From: Ignavibacteriota bacterium
GTDB lineage: Bacteria > Bacteroidota > Ignavibacteria > UBA10030 > CAVZMI01
Length of the DNA stretch: 64,000 bases
Assembly (NCBI GenBank): GCA_963776275.1
Contig: CAVZMI010000026.1
Coordinates: 1 to 64,000, forward strand
Direction of reading: 5' to 3'
Both the position numbers and the translations under genes were made by a program. Shown one piece after another: positions 22,801-32,800 of the stretch (position 1 is its first letter; every line of letters begins with the position of its first letter). The notes beneath the pieces are model-generated. The model saw only the letters and a list, made by a program, of their open reading frames with translations, had not been told where the DNA came from and did not search any database.

Positions 22801-25800
22801 CGTAATTGATGTGATAGTGGGAATATGAGCTGTTGTGCTAGGAGTTGCACTCACCTCGTTGCTATTCCCACTCTCCAATCCAGCGCTATCTACAGCAGTG
22901 ATACGGAAGTAGTAGGTAGTACCATTCGTAAGGCTTGTAATAATCTTTGTCGTATCGGCAATACCCCCTGTAGTCGAATCTATTTTTATCGTCGGACTCG
23001 ATGAAGTGCCGCCGTAGATACGATAGCGCAGCAAATCGGGTTCGGTGTTCTTGCTCCACTTCAATGTTACTTGTCCGTTCCCAGCGGTGGCCGTGAGGTT
23101 GGTTGGTGCTGAAGGTGGGGTTATGACAACCGTACCCACTACATTCCGAAAGATCGATACTGTATTCTCATTCCAACTTACCACCAATAGATCAGATTTC
23201 CCATCACCATCTACATCACCAATGGCAACACCCTGGGGATATATCCCTGTTGTAAAATCCGCCTTCGCAGCAAACGAGACACTCCCGCTTGTGCCGGTGT
23301 TCCGAAAGACCGAAACTGCGTTGCCGTAGGAATTCACTACGGCAAGATCGGGCTTCCCATCGCCATCTACATCACCAATAGCGACACTACAGGGAACATG
23401 ACCTGTCATAAAATCCACCTTCGCAGCAAACGAGACACTCCCGCTTGTGCAGGTATTCCGAAAGACAGATACTATATCACTACCGTAATCCACCAAAGCA
23501 AGATCGGGCTTCCAATCGCCATCTACATCACCAATGGCAACACTGTTGGGATTTCCTGACCCTGCCGTAAGATCCACCTTCGCGGCAAACGAGATACTCC
23601 CGCTTGTGCCGGTGTTCCGAAAAACTGATACTGTGTTGTCGCCGGCAAAAACCGCCACAGCAAGATCGGGCTTCCCATCGCCATCTACATCACCAATGAC
23701 AACACTACAGGGATTATACCCTGTTGTATAATCCACTTTCGAAGCAAATGAGACACTTCCAATTGTGCCGGTATTCCGAAAGACCGATACTGTATTGCTA
23801 TAATAATTCGCCACAGCAAGATCGGGCTTCCCATCGCCATCTAAATCACCAATGGCGACACTGGAGGGAGTTGAATCTGTAGTAAAATCCACCTTCGCAG
23901 CAAACGAGACACTCCCAATTGTGCCGGTGTTCCGAAAGATCGATACTGTGTTGCTGCCCTCATTCACAATAACAAGATCGGGCTTCCCATCGCCATCTAC
24001 ATCACCAATGGCGACACTCGAGGGATTATTTCCTGTCGCAAAATCCACCTTCGCAGCAAACGAGACACTCCCAATTGTGCCGGTGTTCCGAAAGACCGAA
24101 ACTGTGTCGCTAGCGTAATTCGCCACAGCAAGATCTGGCTTCCCATCGCCATCTAAATCACCAATGGCGACACTCCTGGGATTTGATCCTGTCGTAAAAT
24201 CTACATTCGTTGAGAATGAACTGCTGGTGATAGCCCCTCCTCCGGCGAATGTAACTATGAACGGCAGACGGGAGAAACCGGTCAAAGCGTTCACCGTCAC
24301 CGTAATCGGCTGATAGGTCGCACCGGCTGGGACAATCACACTGAGCGAAGTCGTACTGGCCGAGGTCACCGTCGCCTGCACAGCGCCAAAGTAGACGATA
24401 TTGTTGGCGGCGGTCGGGTCGAAGTTTGTGCCGGTAATGGTAACAGTCGTACCGATAGGACCCGAGGTCGGAGTGAAACTTGTAATAGTGGGTATGGCAT
24501 GAGGTGTCGCACTTACTTCATTGCTGTAACCGCTCTCATTTCCCGTGCTATCCACCGCCGTGATATGGAAGTAGTAGGTGATGCCATTAGTAAATCCTGT
24601 AATGGTTTTTGTCGTATCGTCAATGCCTCCAGTAGTCGAATCGATTTTTATTGTTGGATTTGGTGTTGTGCCGCCGTAAATACGATAGCGCAGAAAATTT
24701 TCATCAAAACTCTTATTCCACCTGAGCGTTACCTGGCCGTCACCCGCAAAAGCGGTGAGATTCCTTGGTGCAGCAATTGCTGCGGGTATGCTCGTCACAG
24801 TCCAAAACATGCTGCTGTACAACGGCTTGCCGGGCACAAGATCGTTCTGCGTGCCTTCGTCTTTAGACTGGATATAATAATAGTAGTTAAAACCTCGGAT
24901 CGCTGTGATATCGTCAAAAACATGCACGACATTCGATTTATTACATTCAAAAATCTTCTCATACACTGTCTTCGGATTCAATACGGTACCCCGTGACCGA
25001 TAGATCACATAGCCGTCAAAGTGAGGCCAGCTGTCGGCGTTGTTCGGACCATGCGAGCTGAATTCTATCACCGCCGGACGTGACAGTAAATTGCTGCGGT
25101 GGTGGCGGCGGATGAGGAAGTTTAAAACCGGATTGATAATTCCGTAATGCGCTACGGTAAGTCTGAAGTATGGAATCTTTCCCCGTTTCAACCCATATGC
25201 GTTTGTACAGGTTATAGTCGGTGGTCATGATTCCATCCGGCATGATAAGAGTCGGTGTGCCTGTATTCTTATAATATTGAAGCCAATTGGCGCCAACCTC
25301 GCGATTTTTTTCCATACAGATTCCGCCAACGCCTTCCGCAAAGACAATATGAATACTATCGCCCGGCGCCAGAGTATAAGGCCAAATCCCAGTTCTTGTT
25401 GGACACCTCCGCCCGATTGCCTCCGTCGGTTCCGTATAACTGATGGGGTAATCGTCATCCACGAGTTCGTCATGCTGTACGGCCGGATGTCCATCAGTCA
25501 TAGCTGCGTAGCGGTCAGCCATAAATAGTTCATCATACTGACTTGAATTTGCACTAAAGATTGAAAGATCTGGATTGATAAAATTATTAGTTCTGGGTTG
25601 AAATAGATCGTCCGATGCATCGTTTGAACTCTTATCAGCATGCAGGATCACACAGCCTGCGTATTTAGCCGAAGCCATAATGCCGTCTCCAGCCTCGTTC
25701 GGACATCCCCAATCTTCTGCATAAGCTACCGGGCGATCTGTGTTGGGACCGTACCATGTATAGAAGCCCCTCATTTCAAATACGGGTGCAGCCGGATTAT

Positions 25801-26572
25801 TCCCAAACGAGTGAGTGATGTCGCTTGATCCCCACGTTGAGTTCCATGCTCCCCATCCTGAACCAAACCCCGTGCAACTTACTCCGGCAAATGCATATCT
25901 ATTTCCAAAATAAAAGTAAACGTCATTCAACGTTTGCTGCTTGACGTTACCCGAACGATCAATGATACCGGTGTTTTTGAAGACATGATCGAAAATAAAA
26001 TAATTACCGTGATTTGGCTGATCAAAAGCCATGACCTTTTTTGTGACTGAGACTCCTATGGAAGTATTAAATTTCACTAACACTATACGGTCGGTTTCCA
26101 GATTTTCATCCAGACTATCCAAAATGTCATAAATGTTATTAACGGTCGCATTTTGATCATTGACAATGACAATGGGATGGTAGTATTTCCCGATCAGTTT
26201 GATTTCCTGTTCAAATATCTGGTTCATGCGATCTGCTCCATCCCGTGGGCCTGAACCGATTACTTTAACGCTTTTAATCTTCATTTCAACAGGGTCGTCG
26301 AAATTTTTGCAACCTATCCATAAACATTCCCTACGGCATGTGTTTTGTCCGATGCCGTATTGAGCAGGCCACGAGAAGAAATTAGTATTGCCCTGCGTTA
26401 TTTCATTCTCATATTCCGCTCCTATTTCATTAATAGGTGATTGCAATTCGGTAATGCGGAGCCATTTAATCTGCTGAGCATAACCTGTGTAAATACCGCT
26501 CAATAGCCACAGGCTCATTCCAAAAACTATAAATTGTATTCTAAATTTCTTTGTTTGCTTTTTCACTGCCAT
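19846..26572 (-). CDS. Giant surface protein: large N-terminal domain, FN3, IPT/TIG, two FG-GAP propellers, Ig domain and FlgD/T9SS-type C-terminus (frameshifts at ~25045 and ~25380-25430)
   Basis: ORFs 25016-26572 and 19846-25191 join at IQLAWS/NNADSWPHFDGY. GDxDGDGKPDL and GDFDGDGDIDL repeats; QNFPNPFNP...SGVYYFRL...KMVLIK. Confidence 0.8.
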
Positions 26573-26763
26573 CTCTCTCCATTATCGGTCGATTTTGATT
26601 ACAATTGTTTCTATCTATCCTCTATAAGAATCATTGGTTTGATGTAAAAACTCTTTCTGGGCACTTGCATTTATATTTCTTAGGTTGATAAAGATGCTTC
26701 TATGTTGATTCCTCATAAATACGAGTACATCATTAGCTCATTCTCGGGAGGTGTTTCCAACCG

Positions 26764-26792
26764 ATAATATTGAATTACGCCGAGAAATACAA
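26764..26792 (-). promoter_or_regulatory. sigma70-type promoter of the duplicated leader, copy A
   Basis: TTGTAT-N17-TATTAT on the minus strand; homologous to 44493-44521. Confidence 0.6.
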
Positions 26793-26825
26793 ACATTTGG
26801 CTATTCATATTTTGACATATCCGGG

Positions 26826-26879
26826 TTATTTTTGTTCTTTTTCGACTATCGACATCGGAATATTTCGGTCCCACATCAT
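26826..26879 (-). pseudogene. Orphan caspase C-terminal tail
   Basis: Reads MMWDRNIPMSIVEKEQK*, matching WDRNLPMSI at the ends of 17866 and 26996. Confidence 0.6.
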
Positions 26880-26995
26880 TGAATCCTTAAAATGGTTTTA
26901 GATTAATTAAAAAGGAAAAATTAAAAATTATAAAAATGATTACTTATTCCCTTTTTTAATTTCGCCTTTTTAATTTTTAATTATTAATAGAACTT

Positions 26996-28273
26996 TCACT
27001 TATCTTGTATTCTAATTGACATCGGCAAATTCCTGTCCCACATCGTCGGGCTCGGATTCGGATGCTGCAGGGATTTCGACTCGCGCCTGACGTTCAGAGT
27101 CACATAATCGACCAGCTCTCCGAGCCGTACAATCCCATCCAGGTCTGTATCGGCTTTTCCATTCAGTCCCTCGAGAAGAAAATGCGTGAAAAGACCGTGT
27201 CCGCCTCCCCACTGTGGTCCTTCCAAAGAAGATTCCTTTGCCTCGCTTGCACTGAAGGTCAGCACGCTGTTTTCGGCATTCTTCATATCAGCCAGGAAAT
27301 TATTGATCAATTCAGAGCTCACAATTCCGCGCTGTGCAAAGGTCGTACTTATACCGGCACTGTGACAGGCATCGGCAAAGACGATGATCTTTTTTGCTTT
27401 TATATAATCCCGTATCGCATCCTGGATATATTGCATCTTAACGGCTGTGGCGGCCGGCCGCGAAAGTTCCGAATCATATGCTAGGAGATATGGTACATTC
27501 GGACGGTACGGATCGGGGGTTCCGTGACATGCAAAATAAAAGATCACAATATCTTCTTCCAAAGGATTCTTCATAAAATCCTGAATTGCTTCCTCGATGT
27601 TGACCTTTGTCGCATCTTGATTGATCAATTTCTTGATATTTACCTGCGACATGCCCCTTCCCCCTTTATCCAACGGCCTGATGAGGTACTGATAAAACTC
27701 CTCCGCATCCTTATCGGCGTACCGGAGTTTTTGGATCTCAGAGCTTCGATAATCCGAAATACCGATTACCACCGCCCATACCTGATATCCTTTGAACGAA
27801 CTATCAGGCTTGAAAACAGGGGCAGCTACATCACGTCTGACTTTGAACGTCGAGGTACTCGCATTTTTAAAGGTATCAACTGCAGTGATCTCAATTGTGT
27901 TGACGCCAATTTGAAGTAATGGCGTCGATGTAAACTCACAACCCCCGTCGATCGTTTTTAAAGACGCCTTACTTCCATTTACATAGACTGCCACAACACC
28001 GCTGGAGTCCCGTGCGATTCCACGTACTTTCAATTCGGCGCTTTTGACAACGAGCGTATCCCCCGTGTAAATTCTTATTCCGCGCGCTCCTACTCCGACA
28101 GGCTCCAGGATTTCAATGCCGGGGGGGAGTATATCTTTAGGCGGCTTAGGTTTTAGAGAAATAAAAGGAAGCGAACCCCTGTTGCTGTCGCCTTCCGACG
28201 TTTGTGCGAAAGCTAAGTTCGAAATGAGCATCAGCAGTGCAAAGACGATGCATGAAAAATATTTTATATTCAT
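26996..28273 (-). CDS. Secreted Ig-like plus caspase family protein (paralog of 17866-19149)
   Basis: Own RBS (GGAG) and signal peptide MNIKYFSC; FACHG and ADACHSAG. Confidence 0.85.
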   Translation of the reverse strand: MNIKYFSCIVFALLMLISNLAFAQTSEGDSNRGSLPFISLKPKPPKDILPPGIEILEPVGVGARGIRIYTGDTLVVKSAELKVRGIARDSSGVVAVYVNGSKASLKTIDGGCEFTSTPLLQIGVNTIEITAVDTFKNASTSTFKVRRDVAAPVFKPDSSFKGYQVWAVVIGISDYRSSEIQKLRYADKDAEEFYQYLIRPLDKGGRGMSQVNIKKLINQDATKVNIEEAIQDFMKNPLEEDIVIFYFACHGTPDPYRPNVPYLLAYDSELSRPAATAVKMQYIQDAIRDYIKAKKIIVFADACHSAGISTTFAQRGIVSSELINNFLADMKNAENSVLTFSASEAKESSLEGPQWGGGHGLFTHFLLEGLNGKADTDLDGIVRLGELVDYVTLNVRRESKSLQHPNPSPTMWDRNLPMSIRIQDK

Positions 28274-28284
28274 AGTGTCTCCAA

Positions 28285-28813
28285 TTAATAACTTGCCGGT
28301 CTGCCCGGCGGCGATGGGTAATCCTGATTTGTTACACGGACCTTCATTTGACGGCGAACCTAATAAAAGGAGTGCCGCTGTACCGCCAACGACGACAGCT
28401 CCGCCGACAATATATAACCACGTGTGACCTGCCGGTGGGATAAGCTCAGCGCGGACGCGGAAATAATAATCCTCGCCTTCCAAACCCTGCGGGATTTCCT
28501 TGAATATGTGCCATGCGATTTTTTTATTTGTACCGCTTCCATCGACTTTACCCACATCCCCGATTACCGTCAGTGGCAAATATTCAAAAGACGAATCTTG
28601 CCTTTTTAATACGACGGTCACCTTATATTCCCCATTTGCCGGACCCTGCAAATCATAATAGATGATAATTGTGTTACCGATTACCTCATAGTGGACGTTA
28701 CGTACTTCCACATTCTCCTGCACCTGGGCTACAGCCAATGGGATTCCCTCCATTACGATAGCGAGGATGAGTATCCAGCATATTAGTCGGCATTTCTGAA
28801 GAAATCTTTGCAT
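28285..28813 (-). CDS. Small exported Ig-like membrane-anchored protein (paralog of 19161-19682; indel at ~28337)
   Basis: VEVRNVHYEV...YDLQGP. The shifted frame gives VTNQDYPSPPGRPASY*, matching the paralog tail. Confidence 0.7.
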
Positions 28814-28876
28814 AGTATTCCTCGTTTATACTTATCTAACCTCACTGATGGGATTATCACTCAATGCTATTGATAA

Positions 28877-29830
28877 AGCCAGTTCCCCGAGTCCCGTCCT
28901 GCCCACAGGACGGGAAGGGGAACAATCCATGGAATAAAAATATTAAGCTATACTTTTTTCCAATTTTCAACAGGTTGCCTCGACTTGCTCTTTAGTATCC
29001 TTTTTATATTCGCTCGGCAACCTGGCTGTTGTCAATGAAGAATTGTGAATAAATTAAGAAAATCAAGATTCAAAATTTGTAATTCACCATTGACTCAGCC
29101 AGTTCCCCGAGCTCGCGGTGAGCTTGTCGAACCGCGGACATGAACATTCATTCTCACAGCTAGTCAAGGGGAACATTCTTCTAGAAAACGGTTGCCTCGA
29201 CTTGCTTTCTGGAATGCCAACTATATCCGCTCGGCAACCCGGCTGTTCATATTCAATTAATGTTGTTTCTTCTTACTTTGACACACCGCTAATTCATGTA
29301 ACTTGGAAAAGTTTTTTTCGATCAATGCATGTTTCTTATCATGGGACCAATTCTGGATCTGTTTTTCATGTAAGAATGCATCAACCATACGACGATATTT
29401 TTCATAATATACTAATTTTACAGGTAATCGATCCTTTGTATAATTTGCTCCCTGACCGCTTCGGTGTTCCTTCAACCTTTTATCAATATCCTTTGTACTT
29501 CCTGTATAGTAAGTACCATCACTACATTCAAGAATATAGAGGTATGGCATAATGTCTTTTGGGATCAGTTCTTTCAATTATGTTTCGTTTTTTAAGTTTG
29601 CCTCGACTCGCTTTTTAGTATGCTTTCTATATCCGTTCGGCAACCTGGCTTTTAATAATATAAAGTCTCAATGGCCAGTTCCCCGAGCGGATCTAAATGA
29701 CTATCTCGATAGCTAGTCGAGGGGAACATCCCATGAAATAAAGACAATAAGCTATAGAGTTTTTCATTTTCAATCGGTTGTCTCGACTCGTTTTTTAGTA
29801 TGCTTTCTATATCCGCTCGGCCACATGGCT
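28877..29830. repeat. Array of REP doublets flanking a GIY-YIG gene
   Basis: gccagttccccgag...ggggaaca paired with ggttgcctcgact...cgctcggcaacctggct at 28877-29027, 29097-29246 and 29673-29830; singlet at 29597-29650. Confidence 0.8.
29257..29550 (-). CDS. Stand-alone GIY-YIG nuclease (UPF0213-like)
   Basis: MPYLYILECSDGTYYTGST...RLKEH...GANYT...EKQIQNWSHDKK. Confidence 0.9.
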   Translation of the reverse strand: MPYLYILECSDGTYYTGSTKDIDKRLKEHRSGQGANYTKDRLPVKLVYYEKYRRMVDAFLHEKQIQNWSHDKKHALIEKNFSKLHELAVCQSKKKQH

Positions 29831-29850
29831 TTTACCTTTTTCAGCGAGAC

Positions 29851-32800
29851 CTATTTAATCATTACCATTTTCGTTACAAACGATTTAACTCCGGCCACAT
29901 CCAGTCTGCAGTAATAGACACCGCTTGGTACGCTCTCCTGAATCTCATTCCTTCCATCCCATGTAAACCAGTGCTGTCCCGCTTCAAGATTTCCCGAATA
30001 GACCGATCGCACAGGTTGTCCCAGAATGTTAAAGACCGTTACCGTTACAAATGAGCTCACGGGCAACCGTACCGAGAAACTCGTGGTCGGATTAAACGGA
30101 TTCGGGAAATTCTGTCCCAGTGCAAACTCTGTCGGAATTATCTCCTTCACCTCTTTCAACACGGCGTCTTTCTTCCCTACAACGACAGTGTAATCAGTCT
30201 GGCAAATGACCGGAGTGAATATGTATTTTGAATCTTGACGTAGATCTATAAATTTCGCCTGTGCACGGTCGACCAAGAACACTTCATATTCCTGCGGTAC
30301 ATCATCGATTCCTTTGAATGTAATCGTTGCCGGCTTCCTTGGTTCCGATTTAACCGTGAACGTCCATTTCTCCGCTTCCTGGATTGAAGATCTGATATCC
30401 GTCGAGAAGCTCGGATACTGCTCATCCCATTCTTTTCTGTCGAAAAATATTTCGGGCACGATGCTGACGGTTCGCGGTTTACGGACATCGTATTTATCAA
30501 GCGCCGGCTTTGCTAATTGTGAGATTCCAAATTGTGTGGTACCGTCGATGATTCCATTTACATTAAGTTCGATATTCACCCGCCAGCCATCCGGCTTCGA
30601 TTCCGGGACTTCGGCAACCTTCGTGAAAATACTCTGGTACGAAATTTTAAGAATCGTCAGAACACTGGGATTGGGTGTTCCATTGAAGAAATAGTAACCG
30701 ACATTCGGATCAAACGATGTTGCAGCGGCGAATGTCCCGTTATTATATGTGTGAATCCCCGTCGAAATATCATTTTCACTCTGAATTTTCGACCAGAGAA
30801 CGGAGGAACCGAACGGATTCGTAATGAGATTCCATCCGGCATGGAGTGGGATCTCTGCCTGATACGAAGAATTCATCGGCGCTGCAGGGACCGTCCGGTC
30901 GATCGAGACATCTCCTTTTGAAATGATCCAAAAGGCCCTGCCAGTTGTGAATTTGAATTGCGTACCACCATCATATTTATTGAAGAAATTGTTCGCATTG
31001 CCATTATCCCAATAAATATCCCAATCTGTATGAGGTGTCCCTCCAAGAATTGCGTCAGCTTCCTGATTGATATTCCCGGGTATACCGACGAGCCGATAGT
31101 CAGTCGCGGCACACTCTCCTGGATTTGATTTTTGTGGAAAATGGAATGTCACAGATGCACCGACAGTCGTCGGTGGAGCAGGAATCGTAATAAAGTAGTA
31201 CACCGCCGAGTAAGGGCTCGCCCCGGTACTATTTGATGCGCAGACTCTCCAGTAATATGTCGTGCCGAATGACATTGGACCGATCTGCCTCGATGTCGTC
31301 GTGAGTATCGAGTCATCGACAACAAGAGCAGCTGTGTTAAATGATGTACTCGTCGAAACCTGCAGATGATATTTTGCAGCGCCTGTGGATGCCGTCCAAC
31401 TCAATGAGAGTGATTGAAGCTGATTGGTTGCACCATTCGATGGAGAAGACAACGATACGGCAGCGGGGACAGTTGTAAAGTTGGCGATAGCCCCCCGCCG
31501 GGTGCCTATATTATTATCTCCCACGACACAGTAGTAATACGTAGTAGCAGGATTAAGTCCCGTAAGATTCGCCGTGACTATTTGATCGGTACCACCCGAT
31601 CCGACCGACTGCGAAGGTGTTACGGTAGGACTTGAGAGTGTGCTGCCAGTGCCCCATTCAAAGTAAACCGTTGTTGCAGAACCGTTGGGATTTACCGTTC
31701 CATTCAAGACTGCAGAATTCATAGTTATAGAAGTCGCTGCGCTTGTACTTACTGTTGGAGCGGCTGTTCCTGTACTTACCGGCCTTGCACTCACCTCATT
31801 TGAGAAATCACTCTCCAATCCCGCACTATCTACCGCTGTGATGCGGAAGTAATATATTGTTCCATTGGTAAGACTGGGAATAGTCTTTGTCGTATCGGAA
31901 ATACCTCCGACAGTCGAATCCATTTTTATCGTGGGACTCGATGAAGTGCCGCCGTAGATGCGATAGCGGAGAAAATCAGATTCGGTGTTCTTATTCCACC
32001 TGAGTGTCACTTGAGCGTTCCCTGCAGTAGCAGCAAGATTTTGAGGAGGGGCAGGAGGAGAATTTGTGGTAACCACAGTCGCTTGTGCTGCGAAACTCTT
32101 CGCACCTTCAAATCCGGTTGAATCAACCGCTGAAGCACGATAGTAGTACGTACCTAAAGCGAGGCCACTATTGTTATAGGATAAATGAGTCGTTGAGTCT
32201 ATTAGTACAAGAGATGTTGAGTCCTTACCGCGATAAATCTTGTATCGCATCAGTGGTACAGCTCCACCTCCATTTTGCCAACCCAAACCGACTGTCGTTC
32301 CCGAGACGGTTGCACTCAGATTCTTTGGCTGAAGCTGGAGATTAAATTCTTCTGGCTGTCGTACCATATTCGACATTCGAATCTCGTCAATTATGCCACT
32401 GAAAAACGCTCCTATTTCAGAAGATGTATTTGTAAATACTAGACTTCCGACTGCATCACCTACTAGAGAATCAACAACACCATCTACAAAAATCGCAGCG
32501 AAACCATTATTTCCATTCCATGCTCCTGCAATATGATGCCACTCAAATCGTTTCAACTGTATTCTTGACCTTAATGTCGTGTACGTACCCAGTCCGTTGT
32601 ATATGTTCCATTCGATCCTTCCGTCTGGAAGAATATTTAACGACCAATCTACGCCAACATTTACACCAACAATTTGACCACTTCGACTGGTGAAATTGTC
32701 AATTCGGATCCAAGCCTCAGCCGTCAACTTTTTGCCCAACGAAAAATTTAAAGAACTATTTGACGGCACCTGAATTGAATTATTTCCCCCGTCAAAGATA

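Noticed and set aside
26996-28813. Apparent 605-aa fusion of a membrane Ig protein and a caspase
   Set aside because: A 1-nt shift at ~28337 restores the paralog's tail and stop. The caspase has its own RBS and signal peptide.
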